The notes under the pieces: generated by a model | What the model was told of the DNA's origin: nothing | What the model saw: the letters and a program-made list of their open reading frames with translations, nothing else | Databases searched by the model: none | Assembly (NCBI GenBank): GCA_964492825.1 | Contig: CAZBLP010000004.1 | Coordinates: forward strand, 1-56,376 | Length of the DNA stretch: 56,376 bases | Direction: 5' to 3' | Source: an uncultured bacterium | GTDB lineage: Bacteria > DYJV01 | In this document: positions 1-10,073 of the stretch, piece after piece | How positions within the stretch are numbered: the first letter of the stretch is position 1 | Layout of the letters: each line of letters begins with the position of its first letter | Made by a program: the position numbers and the translations under genes

Positions 1-124
1 TTATTAAAATTTTTACATCTAAAAGAAAAATCTGGATTTAGCATTAATTTTTTATTTTTCTGTAACATGAAGGAGAAAGCTTTTTATTGTACATGAAATT
101 TTACTAACTCATTATATACTTCAT

Positions 125-646
125 TTATTGCTTATCTCCCCAGAAAAGTTTTTCTATTTGTTCTTTTTCTTCTTTGTCAAGCTCAGAACACTCATAAATT
201 TCAGCATCCCCTTGTGATAATTTTGTGGCAAACACAAAGCATGAAGCATGGCTACAATTACCGCAGTTTGTTTTAGGTAAAATTTTATAAATATCAAGAA
301 CTTTGGGAGGTTCTTTTTTCTCATAATCAGGAGTTATACTATCCTTTTTATCCCACAGTTCATTTAGAAAATCAATGAGTTTTCTGGTTATAACCTCTCC
401 CTCTTCTTTATCTTTAATATTTGATATTTTAACCTCCTTGGGTCTTATAGAAACTTTATGATTTTCAAAATTAAAAATAATTGTCTTTGCCACAGGATTA
501 TAAATTCTTTTTTTTAGATAACCATTTAAATATGGCAAAAACTCCGTTAAATCACCATCAAAATCAACTTTCCCTGTCCAAAAAGCTGAACCAAGAAAAC
601 AAGGTGGCGGAAAAAGTTCCAATTTGTAATTGGTTATAAGTGACAT
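125..646 (-). CDS. (Fe-S)-binding protein with C-terminal putative Fe-S cluster domain (RnfB/CdhE N-terminal-like)
   Basis: C-terminal LPKTNCGNCSHASCFVFA...YECSEL four-Cys motif; GGAGG RBS upstream. Confidence 0.7.
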   Translation of the reverse strand: MSLITNYKLELFPPPCFLGSAFWTGKVDFDGDLTEFLPYLNGYLKKRIYNPVAKTIIFNFENHKVSIRPKEVKISNIKDKEEGEVITRKLIDFLNELWDKKDSITPDYEKKEPPKVLDIYKILPKTNCGNCSHASCFVFATKLSQGDAEIYECSELDKEEKEQIEKLFWGDKQ

Positions 647-813
647 GGAATTTCCTCCTTTTAATTTTCATAATCTTCTAATCCCATAATTTTTTTCTAA
701 ATTTATTGATAATTAATTCCATTGTAGGATGATCATTATAAAATTCTTGTGGTTTAGATACAAATGCTGATTATTTTTTCATATTTTCATACAAAATTTT
801 ACACTTTTTATCA

Positions 814-1206
814 TTAATTACGTTTATAAACAACTGGTTTCGTAGAGCTTATTAAATCAGATTCAAATACTGCACGACCTGATGACGAATCTTTACCTTC
901 CATTATAAATAATCTGTATGAAGCATCGCCTGATACTTTTTGAATTTTAACTTCCTTTATATAATCACCGCGAAAATTCCATCCCCAGGCATTGTCTTTT
1001 TCAAGTTTTTTTCTGATTTCTTTCCCATTTTTTACATAAATGCAGTACCCTTTTATTTTTATTTTATTGCCATTAGCCATTATAACTACACCTAATAATT
1101 TGTAATTAGAGGAACTTTGTGCATCAGCTATACTTGAGCCGCAAAGTTGCAAAACAAAAATAGAACAAACTAATAATTGTAATAAAGTAAATATTTGTTT
1201 CTTCAT
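814..1206 (-). CDS. hypothetical secreted protein
   Basis: 130 aa ORF with KK + hydrophobic stretch + ADA-type cleavage site; GGAG RBS; no recognisable family. Confidence 0.55.
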   Translation of the reverse strand: MKKQIFTLLQLLVCSIFVLQLCGSSIADAQSSSNYKLLGVVIMANGNKIKIKGYCIYVKNGKEIRKKLEKDNAWGWNFRGDYIKEVKIQKVSGDASYRLFIMEGKDSSSGRAVFESDLISSTKPVVYKRN

Positions 1207-1441
1207 TTAAATATCTCCTTTAATTTATTTTAAACATTACTGCCCAATTTATAAGCTTGAAAAGTTTTACTTTATGTTAAATATATCTTAGATTTTTGTG
1301 AAAATCAACAAAGGGATTTTTAGTCCTTATTCTGAAATTAAATTTATTTTGATATTTTTCAATTTGGCTTATAATGATATTTTCAATATATTATTATACT
1401 TGATATTTGACTTTTTATTCATTGTTGATTAAATAAGTTTT

Positions 1442-1819
1442 ATGATAAATGAAGCTAAAGTTCTTGGTTTATTCAAAAAATGGAATATGGCTATTCAGTC
1501 AGGCAATCCTGATGAAGTTGTTAAGCTTTATGCTGATGATGCAATATTAGTTCCTACCCTATCAAATAAAATAAGACATAATAATAAGGAAATCAGAGAT
1601 TATTTTGTCCAGTTCTTAGCACTTAATCCAGTTGGGAAAATTTTAGAGCATAACATTAGAATTTATAATGATATTGCCATTAATTCAGGAATTTATTCTT
1701 TTGAAATTAATAAAAACAACAGCCGTACGGAAGTAAAAGCAAGGTTCTCCTATGTTTACAAAAAATTTACTAATAGCTGGCTTATTATAGAACACCATTC
1801 ATCACTCCTTCCGGAATAA
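1442..1819 (+). CDS. SgcJ/EcaC-family NTF2-like protein (CaMKII association-domain-like)
   Basis: WNMAIQSGNPDEVVKLYADDAILVPT...ARFSYVY...WLIIEHHSSLLPE pattern. Confidence 0.8.
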   Translation: MINEAKVLGLFKKWNMAIQSGNPDEVVKLYADDAILVPTLSNKIRHNNKEIRDYFVQFLALNPVGKILEHNIRIYNDIAINSGIYSFEINKNNSRTEVKARFSYVYKKFTNSWLIIEHHSSLLPE

Positions 1820-1881
1820 AATTAATACTTGCAAATTTTAATATTATAAATTAATTCTATAAAAAATCAAAGGAGAGAGTT

Positions 1882-2232
1882 ATGAATTTTATGGAATTTG
1901 TAAAAAACTTTAAAAAAGACATTGATTATTCAAAAACAGGAATGATTCTTTTTCATAATGGTGTTGTTAGAGGGACATCAAGAAAAGGTGAAAAAGTTTC
2001 AAAAATTATTGTAAGAAAAGATGAGAAAAAAATAGCTGAAATTATAGATTCATTAAAACAAATGCAGGGTATTTCAAAAGCAGATGCATATGTATTTGAA
2101 GGTGAATTTAATGTTGGAGATGATTTAATGTATGCAGCAGTTGCAGGAGACATTAGGGATAATGTTTTCCCTGCTATTGAAAAGTTTGTAAACACTGTGA
2201 AAAAAGAAGCTGTTTTTAAGGAAGAAATGTAA
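1882..2232 (+). CDS. moaE: molybdopterin synthase catalytic subunit MoaE-like
   Basis: GMILFHNGVVRG...GEFNVGDDLMYAAVAGDIR...VKKE motifs; GGAG RBS. Confidence 0.75.
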   Translation: MNFMEFVKNFKKDIDYSKTGMILFHNGVVRGTSRKGEKVSKIIVRKDEKKIAEIIDSLKQMQGISKADAYVFEGEFNVGDDLMYAAVAGDIRDNVFPAIEKFVNTVKKEAVFKEEM

Positions 2233-2300
2233 AATATCACTAAAAAGGTATTGAAATTTCTTTTAAACTATAATAAATTAAATTAAAAAGGAATTAAAAA

Positions 2301-2786
2301 ATGAATAAAATCGATTTTAAACCTATAGGCATTATCCACTCTCCGTTTAAAGAACCAAAAGGTACACCAATTCAGCCAAAAGCAGCAGATGGAATTTTAG
2401 GGAAAGTTGAAATTTTTCCTGAGTATTTGGAAGGTTTAAAAGACCTTGACGGTTTTTCTCACATTATTCTGATATATTATTTTCATCTTGTTAGAAATTT
2501 CAAACTATTGGTTAAACCTTATATGGATGATAAACTTCATGGATTATTTGCAACAAGAGCTCCTGCAAGACCAAACCCTATTGGTTTATCTGTTGTTAGG
2601 CTTATTAAAATTGAAGAAAATTTTTTGCACATTCAAGATGTTGATATAGTAGATGGCACACCACTACTTGATATTAAACCTTATGTTTCAAAATTTGATA
2701 CAAGAAAGCCAGAGAGATTTGGCTGGCTTGAGAAAAACATTCATAAGCTAAGCAAAGCAAAAGATGATGAAAGATTTGTTAAATAA
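2301..2786 (+). CDS. tsaA: tRNA (N6-threonylcarbamoyladenosine(37)-N6)-methyltransferase TrmO/TsaA
   Basis: PIGIIHSPF, GLFATRAPARPNPIGLS, DIVDGTPLLDIKPY motifs. Confidence 0.9.
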   Translation: MNKIDFKPIGIIHSPFKEPKGTPIQPKAADGILGKVEIFPEYLEGLKDLDGFSHIILIYYFHLVRNFKLLVKPYMDDKLHGLFATRAPARPNPIGLSVVRLIKIEENFLHIQDVDIVDGTPLLDIKPYVSKFDTRKPERFGWLEKNIHKLSKAKDDERFVK

Positions 2787-2876
2787 AACTTAAGGTGTAA
2801 GCCAACTATATTTAAATCTATCCTTAAAATATGAATTATATTGCAATAAATAAATTCTTCTGTTATTTAAAAAATC

Positions 2877-4058
2877 ATGAATCTTAAAAAACTGAAAGAT
2901 AAATATGCAATTGCTGGTATTGGCTACACTGCACAAGGTAAAATTCCCGGCAGAACTGCCATAAGCTTTTATGTTGAAGCAGGAATTAATGCAATAAAGG
3001 ATGCTGGCCTTAAAAAGGAAGATATTGATGCATTAATATGCTACAGACAATTTAACCCTCTTCTTAACGAACCAACGGTTACCCCATATCTTGTTGCACA
3101 GCACCTTGGTATTAAACCGACAATTTTAAGCCAGGAATCTTTTTGCCAGAGGAATCAATTTATTCAGGCAGTTGCATTGCTTGAAGCTGGTTTTTGCAAA
3201 AATGTGTTAATAATCTATGCTGACAATGCTGCCACTGGCAAACGATTGTTTGTTGAAGAAGCGACTCATGGTGAATCTTTTAATGATAATTCCATACTTG
3301 GCGAATTCGGCTTTGTAGGTGATTATGCAATGGCTGCAAATAGGGCTATACATGAATTCAACACAGGCCCTGATACATGGAAACATATAGCTATAAGTCA
3401 GAGAAAATGGGCAAATCTCAATCCATTGGCTCAATATTTTAATAGCTCTCTCACTGAAAAAGATTATTTAAATGCACCTATAATTACAGAACCTTTCAGA
3501 AAATATGATGCAGCATTAATAAGTGATGGCGGTAGAGCCTGTATAATAACATCCACTGAAAGAGCAAAAGATTTAAAAAATCCGGTTGTTTCAATAATGG
3601 GAATTGGAGAAGCAAATCCTTCTACTGATGTTCATCAGGCTGATTTTCTTACAGGCAGCACCGGTGCAAAACAGTCAGGTGAAATGGCTTTTGGAATGGC
3701 ACAAATAAGTATAGATGAAATTGATGCTTGCCAGATTTATGATTGTTTTACTTATACTGTGGAGGTCACAATGCAGGACTATGGTTTTTTTGCACCAGGT
3801 GAAGGAAAAGATTTTTTCAAAAATAACAGAACAGCTCCTGGAGGCGAATTGCCGCTTAATACTTCCGGAGGTTTGCTTAATGAGGCATATTTTATGGGAT
3901 TGACACCAATTACTGAAGGTGTAATGCAGCTTATGGGAAGGTGCGGAAAAAGACAACTTGGTAAAAACACAGGCACAAAAAAACCTGAAATAATACTCTG
4001 CTGTGATAATGGCGGGGTTTTACAGAGTCATTCTACACTTATATTAAAAAAACTTTAA
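2877..4058 (+). CDS. thiolase-fold protein, SCP-x/Ltp2-like (possible acyl-CoA aldolase)
   Basis: AIAGIG start, ISDGGRACII, IYDCFT, LPLNTSGGLLNEAY; followed by DUF35 gene. Confidence 0.8.
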   Translation: MNLKKLKDKYAIAGIGYTAQGKIPGRTAISFYVEAGINAIKDAGLKKEDIDALICYRQFNPLLNEPTVTPYLVAQHLGIKPTILSQESFCQRNQFIQAVALLEAGFCKNVLIIYADNAATGKRLFVEEATHGESFNDNSILGEFGFVGDYAMAANRAIHEFNTGPDTWKHIAISQRKWANLNPLAQYFNSSLTEKDYLNAPIITEPFRKYDAALISDGGRACIITSTERAKDLKNPVVSIMGIGEANPSTDVHQADFLTGSTGAKQSGEMAFGMAQISIDEIDACQIYDCFTYTVEVTMQDYGFFAPGEGKDFFKNNRTAPGGELPLNTSGGLLNEAYFMGLTPITEGVMQLMGRCGKRQLGKNTGTKKPEIILCCDNGGVLQSHSTLILKKL

Positions 4059-4064
4059 CGGTGG

Positions 4065-4466
4065 TTGACAATGACCCAATTTTTTCCAATACCTAATTTT
4101 GATACAGAAATTTTCTACAATGGTTGCAAACATAAAAAATTAATTTTCCAAAAATGCACAAATTGCGGACATATCAGATGGCCATATTCATTTGCATGTC
4201 CTGTCTGTTTTGAGGTAGACACTGAACTGATAGAAGCAAAAGGCACAGGCAAAATATATACTTTTACAATTTACAATGTAGCTTTTCACAAGTCGTTCAA
4301 AGATAAAACACCTTATGTTGTTGCCGTTATCAAGCTTGATGAAGGGCCTAAAATAGTTGGCAATATAATTTACACTCCTTTTGAAAGAATAAAATGTGAC
4401 AAAAAAGTCAAAGTTGTTTGGAAAAAATCAGGAGATTATTTTCTTCCGAAATTTAAGGTGATTTAA
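4065..4466 (+). CDS. Zn-ribbon/OB-fold (DUF35) protein
   Basis: CTNCG...ACPVC Zn ribbon; GKIYTFT...PYVVAVIKLDEGP OB-fold; start may be ATG 4071. Confidence 0.85.
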   Translation: MTMTQFFPIPNFDTEIFYNGCKHKKLIFQKCTNCGHIRWPYSFACPVCFEVDTELIEAKGTGKIYTFTIYNVAFHKSFKDKTPYVVAVIKLDEGPKIVGNIIYTPFERIKCDKKVKVVWKKSGDYFLPKFKVI

Positions 4467-4670
4467 TCAGAATTTTTCAAATAACATGCTTTAATTAAAC
4501 CTGATATTATAACCAAATTTACACTATCAAAATTTTAATTGTATTTAAATAGCCTTTACTTATTCTACACAATTTTCACCTTGAAATTTAATTTCCACAA
4601 AAAAATCGTTTAGTATGACTTTTTACAAATAGATAACTTATGGTTTTGGCTCAGAATAGGAGATAAACAA

Positions 4671-6812
4671 ATGAAAATAAAATTTTACCCTTACCAATTA
4701 AATTTCCAGAAAAACAACTTTTTGCTGCTAATATTTTTATCAATTTTCTGTTCAGTGTTTTGCTTTACTATACTTGCACATACTGAATCTTACCAAGACT
4801 TCCGTTCAGACGGGGCAGTACTGCTTTTTGAGTCGTCATCTATTGAGAGCATACAGAATCCAGCCTTTAGTCCAGACGGGAAATACGTAATCTATACACT
4901 GTTTCATGAAGGATACAACAAAGGGCCTGCCGGTATTTACACATATAGCATCTCCAAAGGGAGCAGCACCCTTCTTATTGATGAAGAAAATAATGATTCG
5001 GTAAATCTCCCTGGAGCAAGCTGGAATTCTGTAACAAACCTTATTACATTTGCTTCTGACCGTCAAGGAATGGACAATATTTGGACAATGTCATCAGACG
5101 GCTCTAATCTTAAACAGATAACTAACCATTTAACCACTGCCTATTACATTGAACCGAGTTTTTCCCCTGATGGTCAGTGGATAGTGTTTGAGGCAGATAC
5201 CACTGAACCTGACGATACTCAGCAGGGAAGTATATACAAAGTAAATGTGGATGGCACCAATCTTGTAAAACTTACTGACGGCCCCGGAAGTGGCACAGAT
5301 GACCGTCAGCCAAACTGGTCGCCATCTGGCAATACAATACTGTTTCAACGTAGAGTGCCGGGAAGTAATAACTGGGATATTTATACCATTCATCCTGATG
5401 GAACTGGCCTCAAACAGATAACAACATCTGATTCAAGTGATACTGATGCAAGTTTTTCCCCTGATGGCCAGTGGATAGTCTATTCCACAGACTATGGCGG
5501 ATTAGAAATGCCGAATATTTTCATTATCCCTTCAGTAGGTGGAAAACCTGTGCAAATAACAAATAGCAAAACCAACGAAGATGGAGCGCCTTCATGGTCA
5601 CCTGACGGCAAATGGATTGCTTTTGAATCACATAAAGGTGCTGATGAGGATACCCCATCAACAATATGGCGTATTGCAGTGTCAATGCCTGCCCCCTTAA
5701 TAACTGCAAACGGAACTGCAGATACAGTGAATATTTCCGAAAATACACCAGTAACTTTTACGTTAAGTCTTGATGCTGCTACTTTTAAAGATACAAGTGC
5801 AGACTGGTGGTTACTACATGTTTGTCCCACAGGAACTATTGAATATTTTGACCTCAAATCTATGGCTTTTAACTATGGTATTTTACCTACTTTTCAAGGG
5901 AAACTTGTCTCTTTCGAATCAATTTCACTTGCATCTTTATCTTTTACAAACATAGGAACTCACTGGTTTTATTTTGGTGTTGATCTTGATAAAAATGCTC
6001 AAGTTGATACTGAAACTACTTTTTATGACAGTGTAAAGGTAAATATAATTACAGATAACAATACAACCGATTACAAGGCAAAACCGGTTTATAATCAGGC
6101 TTATCAGGAAAATTTTGAGGAAGATAATGTATCAGACATTATTCAAAATGCATCAAATGCTTATGTTCTGTTAGATCCTTTTATGCCTGGCATTTCAGAT
6201 AAAATAGAAGATATCAAGGAAAACAATAATGAAATAGGATGTTATATAAGTATTGGCACAGGAGAGAACTGGCGGAGCGATTTTGACCAACTGAAACCTT
6301 ATCTGGTTTCAAAACCATGGGGAAAATGGGAAGGTGAATACTTTGTATCTCAAACCACCACAGGAATTATACCAATTATAAAGACACGGATTGACCATAT
6401 GTCACAATGGAAATGTGACTGGGTAGAGTTTGACAACATGGACTGGGCACTTGATGATAATAAAAAAAAGCTGTATGGTTTCCAGGTAACAGAGACAGAG
6501 GCAACTGCTTACTTTCAGGAATTATGTGATTATGTTCATCAGAAAGGCATGAAATGTATGGCTAAAAATATGCTTGAGGGAGCTTCTGATTTTGACGGAG
6601 TATTGTATGAGTCATATGATAACAAGCTGAATTGGTGGGACAATCAGGAGACATGGAATTTTTTAAATTCAAAAAAGCTGGTAATAATAAATCACTACAA
6701 TGAAACCAACTGTAATAAAGTATATCAGGATTATAAGAAAATTTACAATAATAATATCTCTTTTATATGCGAAGATGTAAATTTGAAAAAATATGTACAT
6801 TATAGTGAATAG
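4671..6812 (+). CDS. secreted multidomain protein: PD40/TolB-like beta-propeller + unnamed beta domain + GH114 endo-alpha-1,4-polygalactosaminidase-like domain
   Basis: signal-like N-terminus; repeated P(A/S)(F/W)SPDG(K/Q)WI PD40 repeats; C-terminal GCYISIGTGENWRSD, WGKWEGEYF, VEFDNMD, VLYES. Confidence 0.75.
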   Translation: MKIKFYPYQLNFQKNNFLLLIFLSIFCSVFCFTILAHTESYQDFRSDGAVLLFESSSIESIQNPAFSPDGKYVIYTLFHEGYNKGPAGIYTYSISKGSSTLLIDEENNDSVNLPGASWNSVTNLITFASDRQGMDNIWTMSSDGSNLKQITNHLTTAYYIEPSFSPDGQWIVFEADTTEPDDTQQGSIYKVNVDGTNLVKLTDGPGSGTDDRQPNWSPSGNTILFQRRVPGSNNWDIYTIHPDGTGLKQITTSDSSDTDASFSPDGQWIVYSTDYGGLEMPNIFIIPSVGGKPVQITNSKTNEDGAPSWSPDGKWIAFESHKGADEDTPSTIWRIAVSMPAPLITANGTADTVNISENTPVTFTLSLDAATFKDTSADWWLLHVCPTGTIEYFDLKSMAFNYGILPTFQGKLVSFESISLASLSFTNIGTHWFYFGVDLDKNAQVDTETTFYDSVKVNIITDNNTTDYKAKPVYNQAYQENFEEDNVSDIIQNASNAYVLLDPFMPGISDKIEDIKENNNEIGCYISIGTGENWRSDFDQLKPYLVSKPWGKWEGEYFVSQTTTGIIPIIKTRIDHMSQWKCDWVEFDNMDWALDDNKKKLYGFQVTETEATAYFQELCDYVHQKGMKCMAKNMLEGASDFDGVLYESYDNKLNWWDNQETWNFLNSKKLVIINHYNETNCNKVYQDYKKIYNNNISFICEDVNLKKYVHYSE

Positions 6813-7079
6813 GATAAAGTATTTTAAAAAATAGACCTGTAATAACGAGTTATTACGAGCACCAAAAATACATGGCAATATTTACAAAAAAGTTATAAAA
6901 ATTATGCATGTATGCCTACCTCATCTAATCTTTTTACTTTTTTCTTGCTATTGATATGTGCATGTGAGGTTCTTTTTCACAGTTCAAAATATGTTTGTTC
7001 TAAAATTAAATTTATTCCATTTTGCTGATTTATGTGATATTAGCATATGAAATAAATTAAAAATAGCAGTGTATTAGAA

Positions 7080-8111
7080 ATGTTTGAATTAACTAATTTT
7101 ACAAGAGAAGAATTAGGTGAATATTTACAATCCATCGGGTTGCAGCCATACAAAGTAAAACAGATATTTCAATGGGTTTATCAAAAAGGCGTGTTTGATT
7201 TTAATTATATGAGCAATATTTCAAAACAAGACAGAAAATTATTAGAATCAAAATTTAATATAAATATTCCTAAAATTATCAAAACAACCAAATCTGTTGA
7301 TGGTACGGAAAAATTTGCATTACAGCTAAATGATGGCAATATTATAGAATCAGTTCTTATTCCTGACAATAAACGGCTAACTCTATGTTTATCCACGCAG
7401 GTTGGTTGCAAAATGGGATGTAAATTTTGCTATACTGCCAAATTAGGTTTTAAAAGGAACCTTGAACCATTTGAAATCATAGCACAAATTCTATCAGCAA
7501 AATATCAAATATTAAAAAACAATCTGAAATTAACCAATCTTGTTTTTATGGGTATGGGTGAACCTCTTGATAATTTTGATAATTTTAAAAAAGCATTGGC
7601 TATTATCTATGACAAATACGGTTTAAATTATTCATACAGAAAAGTCACTGTTTCCACTGTGGGAATAATAGATAAAATGATACAGCTTGGTAATGATTTT
7701 GACATTAATCTTGCTGTTTCCCTGCATTGCGCAGATAATAAAAAGAGAAGTGAATTAATACCTGTTAACAAAAAATACCCTTTGGCAAAATTAATAGAAG
7801 CTTGCAAAAAATTTCCTGCTAAAAACAGGCAGAGAATTACTTTTGAATATATTTTAATTGAAAATTTCAATGATTCAGTTGATGATGCAAAAAATCTTGT
7901 AAAAATACTTTCAAATGTAAAAAGCAAAGTAAATCTTATAAAATTCAATCCTTTTCCAGGAGCAGAAATCAATCCGCCTTCTATGGATAAAATAAAAAAA
8001 TTTCAAGAATATCTTATAAAAAAAGGCTACACTGCTACCTTGAGAAAGAGTAAAGGTGATGATATTCTGGCTGCATGCGGCCAATTAAGCGGAAAATTAA
8101 CAAACAAATAA
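7080..8111 (+). CDS. rlmN: 23S rRNA/tRNA A2503/A37 C2-methyltransferase RlmN
   Basis: CLSTQVGCKMGCKFC radical-SAM motif, FMGMGEPL, DDILAACGQL. Confidence 0.95.
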   Translation: MFELTNFTREELGEYLQSIGLQPYKVKQIFQWVYQKGVFDFNYMSNISKQDRKLLESKFNINIPKIIKTTKSVDGTEKFALQLNDGNIIESVLIPDNKRLTLCLSTQVGCKMGCKFCYTAKLGFKRNLEPFEIIAQILSAKYQILKNNLKLTNLVFMGMGEPLDNFDNFKKALAIIYDKYGLNYSYRKVTVSTVGIIDKMIQLGNDFDINLAVSLHCADNKKRSELIPVNKKYPLAKLIEACKKFPAKNRQRITFEYILIENFNDSVDDAKNLVKILSNVKSKVNLIKFNPFPGAEINPPSMDKIKKFQEYLIKKGYTATLRKSKGDDILAACGQLSGKLTNK

Positions 8112-8120
8112 GGAGTTAAA

Positions 8121-8888
8121 ATGAGTGAAGAAATTTTATTTGAAGTAAAAGAAAGCATTGGTATTATAACTATTAACAGACCTCTTGAAAATAATGCATT
8201 TTCAAAATCAATGCTTTCTCAGTGGCTAAAAATTTTAAAAAAAATAAAAGAGGACAATTCTATTAAAGCTATGATTCTCACAGGGAACGGCAAAGTTTTT
8301 TGTACCGGAGGAAGCATTGAGGAAATGGCAAACGGTGAGTTAAGCGGCTGGAAAATGAAAAAGTTTTTAAGAGATTATGTTCATAAAATAGCAATGGAAA
8401 TGAAAACATTTTACAAGCCAACCTTAGCTGCCATAAATGGCTATGCTATTGGTGCAGGGCTGGATATGTCTCTTATGTGCGATTTTAGGGTAGCATCGGA
8501 AAAAGCTGTTTTTGGAGAAAGTTATATTAAATTGGGCCTTGTAGCCGGAGATGGCGGCTGTTTTCTATTACCAAGAATAATTGGTGTTTCAAGAGCATTG
8601 GAAATGCTCCTTAGTTCCAAATTTATAGATACTGATACAGCTCTGCAATGGGGACTTATTAACAAGGTGGTACAGCATGAAAAACTTTTAGATGAAAGTA
8701 TTGATTTTTTAAAAAACATAATCTGTTTTCCTGACGAAGCTGTCCAGCTTATGAAACAGCTGGTTTACAAAAGCCTTAATGAAGATTTTGAAGAGCATTT
8801 GTCAAAGGTTTCATCACACATGGGGCTTTTAAGTGAAACTGATGAATATTTTAATAATGCAAAACAGTTATTGGAGAAAATTTCCTAA
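8121..8888 (+). CDS. enoyl-CoA hydratase/isomerase family protein
   Basis: ITINRP, FCTGG, AAINGYAIGAGLDMSLMCDFR, GLVAGDGG. Confidence 0.9.
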   Translation: MSEEILFEVKESIGIITINRPLENNAFSKSMLSQWLKILKKIKEDNSIKAMILTGNGKVFCTGGSIEEMANGELSGWKMKKFLRDYVHKIAMEMKTFYKPTLAAINGYAIGAGLDMSLMCDFRVASEKAVFGESYIKLGLVAGDGGCFLLPRIIGVSRALEMLLSSKFIDTDTALQWGLINKVVQHEKLLDESIDFLKNIICFPDEAVQLMKQLVYKSLNEDFEEHLSKVSSHMGLLSETDEYFNNAKQLLEKIS

Positions 8889-10003
8889 AAATAAAACATA
8901 TTGAAATTTTGCTCTAAAATAGCATTTAAATTAAATTCTTTCAAATTTATAAATGCAGGAGAAGGGAGGATACCTGCCAATAAATAGTTTCTCCTGCATA
9001 TAATTGATAATATTTCATTAAAACTAAGATTTAGATTTTCTTTAAAAAACTTGATTTCTTGTAAAAAAGATTCTCCATGTTTTACATTAAAAGAACCTGA
9101 ATCTGTACCAAGACAGATTTCTCCACCCTTATCCAAAAAATATTTTATTTCATTTATATGAAATTCAACTGTCTTTTTTATAATACTTTTCTCTTTCAAG
9201 CTCAAACCTTCCATTTCTGTCAGATTGTACATTGCAGAAAACGTAGGAGTAATTTTAATATTATTTTTTGCCATTATTTCAGCATTTTCTTTGCTCATAA
9301 AAAAAGCATGTTCAACTGAATCAACATTAAAGTCCAAAGTTAAATCCAGAGCTTTTTTCCCATTAACATGAATCATTGTTTTCAAATTATGTTTTTTGGC
9401 AAAATTAACAATAATCTTTAATTCATCTTTGGTAAATTGAGGTTCTGTTTCTTTTGCAAATTCTTTTATGGAATTAACGCCTGAATTTAAAACCTTAATT
9501 GTTTTCACTCCTTTTTGTAATAGCAATTCAAGTGAAAATTCAAGCTCTTTTCTATTTTCAACAGGCAAGCCAATAAAAGCACCATATCTGCCTTTTTTGT
9601 AAAGAGCTTTACCTGAAGGTATTATAATAAAACTTTTATCTTTACTGATTTTTTCATGTTCTATTGTAAAGAATCCATTATCACCTGCATCTCTAACTGC
9701 ACCTATACCATATTTGACACATTTTTTAATACTATCCCCTACTCTGCTAAGAGTTGTTTCAAAATCATCATTTAATTCTCGCTTTCTTATGTTTAGATTA
9801 TCAGAACCGCTTAGAAAAAGATGAACATGTGCATCAAAAAAAGGTGGAATTAGATAATCAGCATGTTCTACATTTACATATTTGTTAATTGATTTTTTGG
9901 GAATAATCCCAAATTTACTGTTATTTAATTTTAAATAAATGTCTTTTTTTAATGTTTCTGTTGTAAAATCCCAAAGTCCTTTACAATGTATTATTTTATC
10001 CAT
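8885..10003 (-). CDS. amidohydrolase family metal-dependent hydrolase
   Basis: PPFFDAHVHL (HxH), IKV Lys, HVNG, SVEHA, LGTDSG. Confidence 0.85.
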   Translation of the reverse strand: MDKIIHCKGLWDFTTETLKKDIYLKLNNSKFGIIPKKSINKYVNVEHADYLIPPFFDAHVHLFLSGSDNLNIRKRELNDDFETTLSRVGDSIKKCVKYGIGAVRDAGDNGFFTIEHEKISKDKSFIIIPSGKALYKKGRYGAFIGLPVENRKELEFSLELLLQKGVKTIKVLNSGVNSIKEFAKETEPQFTKDELKIIVNFAKKHNLKTMIHVNGKKALDLTLDFNVDSVEHAFFMSKENAEIMAKNNIKITPTFSAMYNLTEMEGLSLKEKSIIKKTVEFHINEIKYFLDKGGEICLGTDSGSFNVKHGESFLQEIKFFKENLNLSFNEILSIICRRNYLLAGILPSPAFINLKEFNLNAILEQNFNMFYF

Positions 10004-10073
10004 TTTTAAGAATTGACTTTAAAAATAATTTGATATATCTTTTTGGAAATTCAATATCATAAAAGAGGGAATA

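Noticed and set aside
2839-2848. TATTGCAATA palindrome upstream of the thiolase-like gene
   Set aside because: A 10-bp AT-rich palindrome is expected by chance at this base composition; no second copy found.
6839-6856. GTAATAAC-GA-GTTATTAC inverted repeat after the GH114 fusion gene
   Set aside because: Weak AT-rich stem without a U-tract; cannot tell terminator from operator from chance.
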